From Longimicrobiales bacterium (GTDB lineage: Bacteria > Gemmatimonadota > Gemmatimonadetes > Longimicrobiales > Gaopeijiaceae): a stretch of 64,000 nt of DNA. Below, piece after piece: positions 28,717-38,516 of the stretch (positions are counted from its first letter, which is position 1; each line of letters begins with the position of its first letter). The notes below the pieces were generated by a model. The model was not told the DNA's origin. It did no database searches and saw only the letters and a list, made by a program, of their open reading frames with translations. Where the stretch lies: assembly GCA_965219445.1 (NCBI GenBank), contig CBDCNQ010000005.1, positions 704,001 through 768,000 on the forward strand, read 5' to 3'. Both the position numbers and the translations under genes were made by a program.

Positions 28717-30174
28717 TCAGCACCACCTCACACGAACGCGGTACTCGACGCGGGTCTCGCCGTTCGCCTCGACGTCGGGCGTCAGCGTGAACGTCCACGC
28801 ATCGATCTGCTCGAACGGATGCGTCGACGACAGGATCTGCCAGTCGCCGCCTACGGGCTCGACGAGCATGACCTCGACGTATTCGTCCTTGTGGTTCCTC
28901 AGATCGATCTGCCACGTGCTCTCCGAGACGCAGCCCGAGATCACTGTATAGTCCATCTGACGGCGGTCGCCGACGACGTCGAAGGCCTCCCCCATCTTGA
29001 TGCGCAATTCCTCGTCGCGCGGTGTGTGATCGATCAGATCCTCGCCGATGAACTGCTGGGCACCCGTGTGGTCGCGCTTGTAGACGCGCACGATGCCCTT
29101 CGGAAGTGGCATGCCGAGACCGTTCCGCTCGCTGTTTTCGAAGTCGAGGAAGACGCCGACCTTCTGGTTCGACGCGACCTGGCCGTACTGACCCCGGTAG
29201 TAGTGCGTGGCACCGTGGAAGATGAGCTTCTTCTCGATGCCGAAGTCGTCGGATTCCAGGAGCGTGACCTGCTTCTGCTCGTTGTGCAGCAGGTCCGCGG
29301 GGCGGCCGAGCGTGTACAGGTGGTACTCGAAGAAGGCGTTCTCCGTAAAGCCGTCGCGTTCCTGCATCGCCATCGCGTCGGCCATCATCCTCGATCTGGA
29401 CTCGGGCCTCATGTTGCCTTGCACACGCTGCACGTCGCCCGCGACCAGCTGGAGCCGTGCGTTTTCGTACGCCGTCCCGCTTTGGTTCGTGAGTGTCACC
29501 CAACCCGTGAGCGCTGCCGCGTCGTCGTCTTCGTCGAGAACCATGACGTAGTCGGATTTCCAGTTCAGGCTATTGGTGAGATACGAGACCTCCACCTGCT
29601 GTTGGCCACCCGTCGCGTCTAGCCGCCACAACAGCGTGGGCTCCGCAATGAGGTTGTCGGGGACCTCGGGAAATCCGAAGCGCCCGGGGTAATTGAACGT
29701 GATCTCACCGCCGATCCTCAGGATCGGCCCGCCGTTTACAGACAGGACCTCCGCCTCGACCGCCTCGTCCACGCCGGTCTGCGGATTGGTGCGATACACG
29801 TTCACGGTCCGGCCGACGTACTTCTCGAGGAGCTTCTGGGGATTCAGCAGGTCGAATTGGTAGTTCTGCTCGAGCACCTGCAGCTCACCGCCGCCGAGCG
29901 GGCGGATGTGGACCGTCTCGGGCTGGATACCGGATGCGACGTCACCGTATTCCAGGGCTATGCGACCCGAAGCGAGGTCGAGCGTCCGGATCTCACGCAC
30001 GAGCCCGAAGTTCTGGTTGTATACGGTGATCGACACCGCGTCACGCTGGGCGGACGTGGAGCGGAGCGTCGCAGATTCTTGCGTGATCGCCGTCGATTCA
30101 GTCGCGACGGGCTGGGTGCCGGAAGGCAATGTCACCGCCGTGAGAGTCGCGGCCATGGTGAGTAGTTTTCGCAT
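28717..30174 (-). CDS. DUF4139-domain secreted protein
   Basis: ITVYNQNFGLVRE, EQNYQFDL, VSYLT..LNW..DY, GWVTLTNQSG, LQLVAGDV, FEYHLYTL, LGMPLPKG, IDHTP. Confidence 0.88.
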   Translation of the reverse strand: MRKLLTMAATLTAVTLPSGTQPVATESTAITQESATLRSTSAQRDAVSITVYNQNFGLVREIRTLDLASGRIALEYGDVASGIQPETVHIRPLGGGELQVLEQNYQFDLLNPQKLLEKYVGRTVNVYRTNPQTGVDEAVEAEVLSVNGGPILRIGGEITFNYPGRFGFPEVPDNLIAEPTLLWRLDATGGQQQVEVSYLTNSLNWKSDYVMVLDEDDDAAALTGWVTLTNQSGTAYENARLQLVAGDVQRVQGNMRPESRSRMMADAMAMQERDGFTENAFFEYHLYTLGRPADLLHNEQKQVTLLESDDFGIEKKLIFHGATHYYRGQYGQVASNQKVGVFLDFENSERNGLGMPLPKGIVRVYKRDHTGAQQFIGEDLIDHTPRDEELRIKMGEAFDVVGDRRQMDYTVISGCVSESTWQIDLRNHKDEYVEVMLVEPVGGDWQILSSTHPFEQIDAWTFTLTPDVEANGETRVEYRVRVRWC

Positions 30175-30362
30175 CGGAGTCACCTCTGTACGGAGATTCG
30201 GCGGGCATCGAGCCCGACCGAGTGTTTGCTGTCCTTTGTGGATGAGGACGTACGAGGTCGCGGATCTTGCACACACGACGGTTGACGGAAGCGGGGCACG
30301 GCTTCTAGCAACCGAATTCGACTAGGCGCGCCCGCGATCCATCACGGGATCTCCGGCGCGGC

Positions 30363-31988
30363 CTAAAGTGCGTTCAGCCGCTCCATGTCCACCAAGAACG
30401 CGAAAAGCCCGGGAACCAGTCGATAGTTGGTGACCACGCCCGAGTCTTGGAGGGCCAGAAGTTGATCCACGACGGCGGATCGCCAACCCCCCACGAGCAC
30501 CTGCGCTTCCCGCGCCGATCCCATGCCCAGGGAGAGATTGGAGTGGTCCACCCGATCGGTCAAAAAGCTCAGGTTGCTGCCGTCCTGCGCACCGTCGGGC
30601 CCCGCTGTCAGAAGCCACCACTGCACCACCACCGCATCCCGCTCGCCGTACCGGAAGTGGAAGAACAGGTCGTCCGGTCCGTGCCAGGCCTCCTGCCGCT
30701 CCGTGGAGTAGAAGGGGAGGAGCAGGTAGTACGTCTGCAGGTCCATGACCACCAGACGCGGGGCGCCTTCCGGATCCAGGAGATCCACCATCTCCATCAA
30801 GTTCGCTCGCCTCAACACACGCTCGGGCGCCGCGAAAGGGCTGTCGGGGACGCCCATTCCGATCCCCACACTCTCCCGTGCGGCGACCAGGACGGCCACG
30901 ACAACCAACGCGGCCACGGCCCACCTCCTCCCTGAAGTGAGGACGAAGCCGACAGCCCAAGCCAGCGCTGGCAGGGTGAAAGCGAGCATCCAAGTAGAAT
31001 GGCGAATCGAGCCCATGGGGTAGATGCCGGCGGTGGCGGCCACCAGGCCCACCGACAAAGCGGACCCCCCCATCACGACGGGAAGCCACGCCCTGAGCGC
31101 CACCGCTGCCGCGAACGCGGCGATCGCCAACACGGTGACTGGTCCCCCCAGTCCCCTTCCGGCGACAGTGGTCTGAAGGCCGACGAACGCAAGCCACGCC
31201 TCGCGGACCGAATCCACCATGTAGAAGCTCAACCAACCCTCGAGGGCCTGCTCGGCGATGACCGAGGCCGTGAGTTCTCGCAGGTGGAAGAAGTAGAGAC
31301 CCAGCACCACAGCCGCGGGAACCATATGGGCGAGAGCGAGGTCCTGACGGGCCCCAACCGGCATCTCAGTCGAGAGGATCAGGTAGAGGGCTACACCGCC
31401 GAAGGCCCCAAGCGCCAGAACCGAGCTGTAGTGCGTGAGCAGCGCCGGCACGAGTAACGCGATGTACGCCAGGAGTGTGCGGCGCTCCGGCGCCCGCCCA
31501 TACCGGAGCAGGAGGGCAAGCGCCCCGGTCACCAGCGCCAGCTGGAACATGTAGGGCCGCATGATCTGGGAGAGTGTGACGGCAGGCGGGGACAACACGA
31601 GCAGAGCAGCGGCCGCCAGGCCGGTCACGGTCCTCCGCACCGGATCCTTCCCGGCGATCTCGCGGCCGCACTCCCAGAGGGCGAAGATGGCGGCGGTGCC
31701 ACCGATCCATGACAGAGCCCTGAACCAGATGAAGTCCGTAGTGAGGAAGCCCACGGCCCGGAGGATCATGTAGTACAGGGGCGGGTGAGCGTTCGTCGCC
31801 ACCTCCTCCCAGAAGCCGGCGAGGGTGGGCTGGGTGGCGATGGAGAAGTAGATGCCCTCGTCGGGGTTCAACCACCATTCCATAGTGCCGGGCACGCGGA
31901 TGAAGAGGCCCAGGACTACCAGTAGCAGAGCCGCAATGACTCCGTACCGTTCTACGGAGGAGGCCGAGGGTCGCCCTGGCTCTGTCAC
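30363..31988 (-). CDS. GT-C fold membrane glycosyltransferase (GT39/PMT-like)
   Basis: TM1 then W..DE, HPPLYY, SQ..RPY, THY; many TM helices. Confidence 0.85.
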   Translation of the reverse strand: MTEPGRPSASSVERYGVIAALLLVVLGLFIRVPGTMEWWLNPDEGIYFSIATQPTLAGFWEEVATNAHPPLYYMILRAVGFLTTDFIWFRALSWIGGTAAIFALWECGREIAGKDPVRRTVTGLAAAALLVLSPPAVTLSQIMRPYMFQLALVTGALALLLRYGRAPERRTLLAYIALLVPALLTHYSSVLALGAFGGVALYLILSTEMPVGARQDLALAHMVPAAVVLGLYFFHLRELTASVIAEQALEGWLSFYMVDSVREAWLAFVGLQTTVAGRGLGGPVTVLAIAAFAAAVALRAWLPVVMGGSALSVGLVAATAGIYPMGSIRHSTWMLAFTLPALAWAVGFVLTSGRRWAVAALVVVAVLVAARESVGIGMGVPDSPFAAPERVLRRANLMEMVDLLDPEGAPRLVVMDLQTYYLLLPFYSTERQEAWHGPDDLFFHFRYGERDAVVVQWWLLTAGPDGAQDGSNLSFLTDRVDHSNLSLGMGSAREAQVLVGGWRSAVVDQLLALQDSGVVTNYRLVPGLFAFLVDMERLNAL

Positions 31989-33526
31989 GAGATATCTCGG
32001 TCCGAGATCGTGGAGTCCAAGATGCTCTCCACGTCGTCCAGGCGGCGTGCCTCGACCAGGAACTGGTAGCCGAACAGGGATGGCCAGATCCTGGCCAGGA
32101 GCGAGGCGATGGAGTCGAGGAAACGCAGGATGGCGGATGCGCCCACCATATCCGTGATGGGCGGTCCGAACCCTCTCACAGCGAGCACCTCGAAGCCCTC
32201 GCCCTCAAGTGTTCGACAAAAGGAGCGGATGGTGAACAGCCGGGTGTGGGTGAGATCCAGGATCCCCTTTTTCCCGTAGTTGAAGAAGCCCAGGGCGAGC
32301 ATGATGCGCACCAGGACGTATGCCACGTTGCCGGTGCTGGCGAGCAACGTGCCTCCCGGCTTCATCGCCCTCCGGATCTCATGAAGGCTCTCTTCTGGTC
32401 GCTGCAGATGCTCGATGACGTCGAGAGCCACAACGGTATCGGCCTTTCCCTTCAAGGCCTCCGTGGTCTCCTCGGCGAAGTCCCCATCGAGATCCAGCTC
32501 GAGATAGGGAAAGGGCAGGTCCACATCGGGCTTGAGCAAGTCAACGGCCACCACGTCTGCGCCCTGCGCATGAAGGGCCTGTCCCACCCGGCCGTGGCCG
32601 GCACCCAGCTCGAGGACCTTGGTGGACGACTCCCAAGGGCGCGCCAAGACGTGCTGGTGAACGGTGGCGGGAGCCGTCTTGAAGACGTACCCACCGTCGT
32701 CGAAGACGTCGAATTTCGGATGGTGGACGAGGTAGATCCTGTTGGCCCGGGACCGCATCACCGTGGAAATGCAGTTCATGGCGTAGGCGATGCCGTCCAC
32801 GTGGCAGATCTCGTCCCCGTAATACGTGGGGATGGGCACCTCGACGATCTTCTTCTCTCCGGCCAGGAGCTGGATGATGATCTCTGTGTCGAAATGGAAA
32901 TTGTCGGTGTTGTATTGGAACGGAATCTCAGCCAGCACAGAGACGCGATAGGCTCGGTATCCCGAGTGGAACTCAGTCAGATCCGCGTTGAGGAGGCGGT
33001 TCTCAATTGTCGTGAGGATCCGGTTCCCCAGGCGCTTGTACAGTGGCATGCCTCCGCGCCGGGCGGCTCCCCGCGTCATCATGCGAGAGCCGAGGACGGC
33101 GGCGGTGTCGGGGTCCGAGAACGGGCTCAGAATCCGGGGGAGGACCTCGGGAGCATACTGTCCATCGCCATGAAGGAGCACCAGAACGTCGAACCGTCGG
33201 CGAATCGCGTAGCTGAAGCCGAGCTTTTGGTTTCCCCCGTACCCCTGGTTGAACGGGGTGGTGAACACCTCCAGGCCAGGTACCTCCGCCTTGAGGCCGG
33301 TGGTCACGTCCACCGTGCGGTCTACGCTCTTGTCGTCTATGACGTAGATGGCCGCTAGATGGGGGAGCAGGTCAGCGGGGATTCGACGCAGCGTCTCGCG
33401 GATGTGGGCTTCCGCGTTGTAGGCCACTACGAAGACGGCCACCCGCATGGAGCGCACGACGCCGAGGCAGCCTGCCCATTCTTCGTCGGAAACCTGGGAC
33501 AAATCGGTCGACACTGAAGGATTCAC
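31985..33526 (-). CDS. Fused GT2 (polyprenol-phosphate glycosyltransferase-like) / class I SAM methyltransferase
   Basis: VVAYNA, IDDKS.D, NQGYGGNQK, LHGDGQY, EFHSGYRAY; C-terminal VLELGAG.G, DVIEHL, GILDLTH. Start uncertain (33526 or 33448). Confidence 0.9.
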   Translation of the reverse strand: MNPSVSTDLSQVSDEEWAGCLGVVRSMRVAVFVVAYNAEAHIRETLRRIPADLLPHLAAIYVIDDKSVDRTVDVTTGLKAEVPGLEVFTTPFNQGYGGNQKLGFSYAIRRRFDVLVLLHGDGQYAPEVLPRILSPFSDPDTAAVLGSRMMTRGAARRGGMPLYKRLGNRILTTIENRLLNADLTEFHSGYRAYRVSVLAEIPFQYNTDNFHFDTEIIIQLLAGEKKIVEVPIPTYYGDEICHVDGIAYAMNCISTVMRSRANRIYLVHHPKFDVFDDGGYVFKTAPATVHQHVLARPWESSTKVLELGAGHGRVGQALHAQGADVVAVDLLKPDVDLPFPYLELDLDGDFAEETTEALKGKADTVVALDVIEHLQRPEESLHEIRRAMKPGGTLLASTGNVAYVLVRIMLALGFFNYGKKGILDLTHTRLFTIRSFCRTLEGEGFEVLAVRGFGPPITDMVGASAILRFLDSIASLLARIWPSLFGYQFLVEARRLDDVESILDSTISDRDIS

Positions 33527-34641
33527 CCTACAAACATAATGCCATCGGCCCCGGGATCGTTGGCGTTTCGTCAAGTGAACTGGAGTGAGAATGCGCCGTC
33601 CTTGCATACGCAATACTTTGCCGCGAGCGTGCACCGAATGTGGTGAACTCGAGACCTATGAGGGGCGACGGCTATCGAGAGCGGACGCACGGTACCGGTT
33701 GATGCTGGCGGGCTGAGGCTTCGCGAGGACGCACGAGCGTGTCTCGACGCGGCGATCCAGGCGGTGGATCCCACGCGTCTGGTCACGGACGCGTTCGAAC
33801 GGCATCCAGAGAGCGTCGCAGGCAATGATCCCGTCCACATCGTCGCCGTAGGCAAGGCGGCGGCGGCCATGGCGCAGGCGGCGTGCGAGAGTCTCGGACT
33901 GCGGGTCTCGGGCGGAGTGGTCATCACCCCGCCCGACGTGGACATGGGCACACTGGGTAGGCTCCACGCCTTTCGTGGTGGGCACCCCTTCCCCACCGAG
34001 GGTAGCGAACGAGGTGCCCGAGCGGTCGCCGAGCTCGTCGACACGCTCGGTGCGGGAGATTTGTTGCTCTGCCTCATTTCAGGTGGCGGCTCGGCGCTGA
34101 TGACCCTCCCCCCATCCGGTGTTTCACTCCAAGATGTCTGCGAAACGACCGACCTGCTGCTCCGATCCGGAGCCACGATCGATGAGCTCAACTGTGTGCG
34201 GAAGCATCTCGACCGACTCAAAGGCGGCCGCATGGCGGAGATCGCCGCGCCGGCCAGGGTGTTGGGGTTGATCCTTTCCGACGTTTTGGGGGACCACCCT
34301 GACGTCATCGCGTCCGGGCCGCTGTCACCCGATCCGACGACATTCTCCGATGCTCTGGCCATCCTGGAGGGTCGCCAGGTTCGAGACCGGATGCCCGCCT
34401 CGGCCCTCGAATATCTGGAGGCCGGGGCACGGGGCGCAGTCCCCGAGTCGCCAGGACCCGATGTGCCGTGTTTCGCCGACGTGGACGTTCGCATCGTGGG
34501 AAGCAACCGAGTGGCTGCTCACGCTGCGCTTCTAGAAGCCGTGCGTCGGGGATATCGGTCTCGTTCCGCCCTCTCTGCCAACTTACGTGAGACACGGAGC
34601 AGCTAAGGAATTAGAGTAGGGCGAAGGCAGAGAAACCGAGG

Positions 34642-35091
34642 ATGCTGAGACACCGAGAGAGAATGAAAGAGAATGGAATAGCCCCACCAACCTGGGACGG
34701 TAAGCGAAGCGCGGCAGCTCCTGCGGACTCGGAGGTGGTAGATAGGCCGCTGCGCCGGCGGTTCGCTCCGTCGTACAAGCTGCGGATCGTCGAAGAAGCG
34801 GACCGGTGCACGGAGCCCGGAGAGGTTGGCCGACTCCTACGGCGGGAGGGCTTGTACTCGTCGCACCTGACGACATGGCGCAAGGCGGCGCATAGCGGGT
34901 CCCTGAAAGCGCTGTCGAAGAAACGAGGCCGTAAGCGCGAGCGCAATCCGCTGGAGGAGAAGGTGCGCAAGCTGGAGCGCGAGAACACTCGCCTCGAGAA
35001 GGAGCTCCAGAAGGCGCACTTGATCATCGACGTCCAGGGAAAAGTTGCAGGGCTGCTGGGATTGAGCCTCGAGGACGGGACGAACTCATGA
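34642..35091 (+). CDS. IS OrfA (HTH + coiled coil)
   Basis: RRRF...YKLRIV.EAD, LLRREGLYSSHL..WR, heptad stretch KVRKLERENTRLEKEL. Confidence 0.88.
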   Translation: MLRHRERMKENGIAPPTWDGKRSAAAPADSEVVDRPLRRRFAPSYKLRIVEEADRCTEPGEVGRLLRREGLYSSHLTTWRKAAHSGSLKALSKKRGRKRERNPLEEKVRKLERENTRLEKELQKAHLIIDVQGKVAGLLGLSLEDGTNS

Positions 35092-36095
35092 AGGCGACCC
35101 AGGAGCTAGCCAAGCACGTAGGGGTGAAGCCCGCGTGCGATACGCTCAGGGTGCCGCGAGCCACGTTCTACCGTCGTCGGAGTGCATCGACCGGGCATCA
35201 GCAGCCCCGCCCGACCCCCGCCCGGGCCTTAAGTGAGAGGGAGCGGGACAAGATTTTCGACACCCTGTGTTCGGAGCGGTTCGTGGACCGGTCCCCAGCC
35301 GAGGTGGTGGCGACGCTGCTCGACGAGGACGTCTACCTGTGCAGCGAGCGTACGATGTATCGCGTTCTGGCTTCCCAGGTGCCGGTTCAGGAGCGTCGAG
35401 CGCAGCGGAGTCATCCCAAATACCAGAAGCCCGAGTTGATGGCGAGGGGCCCGAACCAGGTCTGGTCCTGGGATATCACCCGGCTGCTGGGGCCGAAGAA
35501 GTGGAGTTACTTCTACCTCTACGTGATCCTGGACATCTTCAGCCGCTACGTCGTGGGATGGATGGTGGCGGATCGGGAGAACTCTGCCCTGGCCAGCCGG
35601 CTGATCCAGCAGAGTTGCTTGAAGCATGGCGTCCAGCCCCACCTCCTGACCCTGCATTCCGATCGAGGGGCTCCGATGACGAGCCAATGCACGGCTCAAC
35701 TACTCGCCGATCTCGGCGTGACCCGCTCGTTGGGCCGACCCCAGGTCTCGGATGACAATCCGTTCTCCGAGGCTCAGTTCAAGACCTTGAAGTACCATCC
35801 CTCGTTTCCCGGCCGGTTCGGGGATCAGGGGCAAGCCAAGACCTTCTGTCGCTCGTTCTTCCGTTGGTATAATGCCGAGCACCGCCATGGCGGCATCTCG
35901 ATGCTGACCCCCGAACAGGTCCACTTCGGTCACGCCGATCGGATCATCGCCTGCAGGAAGGCCGTGCTCCGTGAGGCATGGGCCGCTCATCCCGAGCGCT
36001 TCGTCTCCGGTGAGCCGAAGCCTAAACCACTCCCGGAGGCCGTCTGGATCAATCCTCCCACCCCATCCCTCACGACACAGGAGATTGCTCTCTAA
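35088..36095 (+). CDS. IS OrfB, DDE (rve) transposase
   Basis: PNQVWSWDIT, ILDIFSRYVVGW, HSDRG, DNPFSEAQFKTLK; ATGA overlap with orfA. Confidence 0.93.
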   Translation: MKATQELAKHVGVKPACDTLRVPRATFYRRRSASTGHQQPRPTPARALSERERDKIFDTLCSERFVDRSPAEVVATLLDEDVYLCSERTMYRVLASQVPVQERRAQRSHPKYQKPELMARGPNQVWSWDITRLLGPKKWSYFYLYVILDIFSRYVVGWMVADRENSALASRLIQQSCLKHGVQPHLLTLHSDRGAPMTSQCTAQLLADLGVTRSLGRPQVSDDNPFSEAQFKTLKYHPSFPGRFGDQGQAKTFCRSFFRWYNAEHRHGGISMLTPEQVHFGHADRIIACRKAVLREAWAAHPERFVSGEPKPKPLPEAVWINPPTPSLTTQEIAL

Positions 36096-36673
36096 TTGAT
36101 TTCCAAGAGTGTCTCACTGGCGTTGACTCCTCACGACGACGCTGAGCGGCGAAGCGAGTGACGTTGGACGCATGCTCGCTGAGCGAGGTCTCGAGATCAA
36201 AGGTGGTGCGGGCCCGATCGCACCCCCGGCATCTCTCATCACGTCCGGCGAGACGACCGTCGAAGTACGCGGTACGGGAAGAGGTGGGCGCAATCAAGAA
36301 CTCGTATTGGGAGCTGCGCTCGCGCTACACGATCGGGGCCCACTGCTGATGGCGTCGATGGGGACCGACGGCATCGATGGTGCGAGCCACGCCGCTGGGG
36401 CTTTCGCGGACCAGACGACGCTCGCTCGTGCCGAGGTGCTCGGGCTGGACGCCGCAGCCGCGCTGACCAACAATGACTCGACCCCCTTTTTCGAAGCGCT
36501 GAACGACCTCATCGTTACCGGTCCCACTGGCACCAACGTGATGGATGTTCAGGTCGTACTGATCCCGGAGTAACCCCCGCTCTGTCCATCCAGTGAATGA
36601 CTCAGGTTCGGCGTACACTCGAACTTCATCCGATCCTTGCAGCATCGAGCACCTCCTACCCATCTTATCGCCC

Positions 36674-37990
36674 ATGTCCACGTCCACGTCCGATCCAGCT
36701 CCTCGCCCGAACGCCGAACTCGAGGGCCGGTCTCCGCCGCCTTCGCCCGCTGCCCATAGCGCACGGATCCCACTCACCCGAAGCCAGCTGTCCGCACTCA
36801 TCGAAGGTGCCCGGCGAGAGGGGATTTCGCGCCGCGACCTCATGAAGGTCTTTGCGGTCGGAGGCTTGGGAGCCGTGTTCGCCGCCTGTGAGCGACCACC
36901 GGACTCCTCCGGCTCCTCAGGCTCTGAGTTGGAGGTCGCGGACGTACCCTGGGTGAAGAACCCGGAGCCCTTCATACAGCATCCCACGAACCTCGAGACA
37001 CGTCTCGAGCTGCTCGACGGAGTGATCACCCCCAACGAGCTGTTCTTCGTTCGCAACCACGCGCCCACGCCCCGAATCGACGTCTCCGGGTATCGGCTCC
37101 GTGTTGAAGGGGACGCGATCGACGGGGTGGTCGAGGTCACGATGGATGACCTCCGCGCCCTGCCGAGTCAGTCCGTTGTGGCGTACGTCGAATGTGGGGG
37201 TAACTGGAGGAGCTTCTGGGGATCGGTCGTGGGTCAGGCGGCCGCCGGTGGTCAGTGGGGCACCGGTGGGATCAGCTGTGCGGAGTGGCGCGGGCCCACG
37301 CTCGCCTCGGTGCTCGCACTGGCGGGAGTCCGCACGAACGCCGTCGATGTCGACCTGATAGGACTCGACGAGGGCGAGTTCAGTCGGCCGATGCCGATCG
37401 AGCGCGCGCTTGACCCCACGACGCTTCTGGCTCACACCATGAACGGTGTGGATCTGCCGGCCGATCACGGTTTTCCGCTCCGGGTAGTGGTCCCCGGGTG
37501 GGTGGGGAGTAGCAGCATCAAGTGGCTGGGTCGCATCGTCGTGAGCTCTGAGAAGATCTGGTCGCGGAACAACTTGACCTCGTATGTGCTCGTCGGTGAG
37601 GATTGGCCGGCCGACGAGTTCGCGCCCGCCGATGGGGGTCCCATCACCACGGGTGTCGTCAAGAGCGCCCTGGCTCTCCCACGACCCGTGGAGCTCTCAC
37701 AAGGCTCGAATTTGATCTCGGGCTTCGCGTACTCCCCGAGCGGGCCTGTTCGGCGCGTCGAGTGGAGCACCGACGCGGGCTCGACCTGGCAGGCGGCCAG
37801 CATCCTGGACCCAGTGCTGCCTCATGCTTGGCAGCGCTTTCAGTTCCAGTGGGACGCGCCCGCCGGCAGTCACACGCTGCTCACTCGCGCCACCGACGCA
37901 GCCGGACAGAGCCAGCCCGACCAGATCGCCTACAACGACAGGGGATACTTGCTGAACATTGTGCTTCCTCATCCGGTCACGGTGAATTAG
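36674..37990 (+). CDS. Tat-exported sulfite-oxidase-family molybdoenzyme (SorA/SoxC-like)
   Basis: SRRDLMK...FAAC (Tat/lipoprotein signal), FFVRNH, VECGGN (Mo-ligand Cys), HGFPLR, IKWL, C-terminal dimerisation domain (RATD..G..QP). Confidence 0.9.
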   Translation: MSTSTSDPAPRPNAELEGRSPPPSPAAHSARIPLTRSQLSALIEGARREGISRRDLMKVFAVGGLGAVFAACERPPDSSGSSGSELEVADVPWVKNPEPFIQHPTNLETRLELLDGVITPNELFFVRNHAPTPRIDVSGYRLRVEGDAIDGVVEVTMDDLRALPSQSVVAYVECGGNWRSFWGSVVGQAAAGGQWGTGGISCAEWRGPTLASVLALAGVRTNAVDVDLIGLDEGEFSRPMPIERALDPTTLLAHTMNGVDLPADHGFPLRVVVPGWVGSSSIKWLGRIVVSSEKIWSRNNLTSYVLVGEDWPADEFAPADGGPITTGVVKSALALPRPVELSQGSNLISGFAYSPSGPVRRVEWSTDAGSTWQAASILDPVLPHAWQRFQFQWDAPAGSHTLLTRATDAAGQSQPDQIAYNDRGYLLNIVLPHPVTVN

Positions 37991-38030
37991 ACGGCCGGGC
38001 GAGCTTCGACGCGCGGTGGGGACGTAGCCG

Positions 38031-38423
38031 ATGTCCAGGCGAACCGGAGTGGCCTTGGCAGCCGGAGTGCTCCTGCTCACGGCGATAGCCGGCATCATTT
38101 CGCGCGGAACACTCGAGCGGAGAATCCGGGAGCGGGAGCTGGCCGCCGAGCTCTATCAGATGCGCTGTGCAGCCTGTCACGAATTCGAAGGAGGAATCGG
38201 CTCGCCACTCCCTCCCCGGGTCCTCGCTTCTTACCGCACTGCCCAGCTCCTCTTCAACTACGTGCGACTCGCGATGCCGTACGAGGCGCCACGGAGCCTT
38301 TCAAACGAAGAGTATTGGCTGGCCGTTGGGCATCTGCTCCGTTCCCGGGGGTTGGTGGATCGAGATGCGGTCGTGAATGAGGAGACGGCGGAGGGCATCA
38401 CGCTCGACGGTGGTGCGAGCTGA
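38031..38423 (+). CDS. Membrane-anchored monoheme cytochrome c (SorB/SoxD-like partner)
   Basis: CAACH, LFNYVRLAMP..AP.SL; 40 nt after the molybdoenzyme gene. Confidence 0.85.
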   Translation: MSRRTGVALAAGVLLLTAIAGIISRGTLERRIRERELAAELYQMRCAACHEFEGGIGSPLPPRVLASYRTAQLLFNYVRLAMPYEAPRSLSNEEYWLAVGHLLRSRGLVDRDAVVNEETAEGITLDGGAS

Positions 38424-38516
38424 AGCGGAAGCCGGCTACCTCCGGGGAGGCTTTCGTCGCACCGCGGCTCCTACTTCCCTGACGGGGGCGGCACCCTCGA
38501 GGCAATGGCCTCGGGG

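Larger units (their letters stand above)
34565..36126 (+). mobile_element. IS3-like insertion sequence, about 1.56 kb
   Basis: orfA/orfB pair; imperfect IRs TGCCAACTTACGTGAGACAC (34576-34595) and GTGTCTCACTGGCGTTGACT (36109-36128). Removing this interval restores the host reading frame. Confidence 0.9.
33658..36573 (+). pseudogene. Glycerate 2-kinase (DUF4147 + MOFRL) interrupted by an IS
   Basis: N-part VGKAA, GHP.P, ISGGGSAL, ELN.VRKHL..LKGG, SDVLGD ends ...RGYRSR (34564). It resumes at 36127 as LLTTTLSGEA...SGETTV...GGRNQE...TDGIDG...TGPTGTNVMD. Confidence 0.92.
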
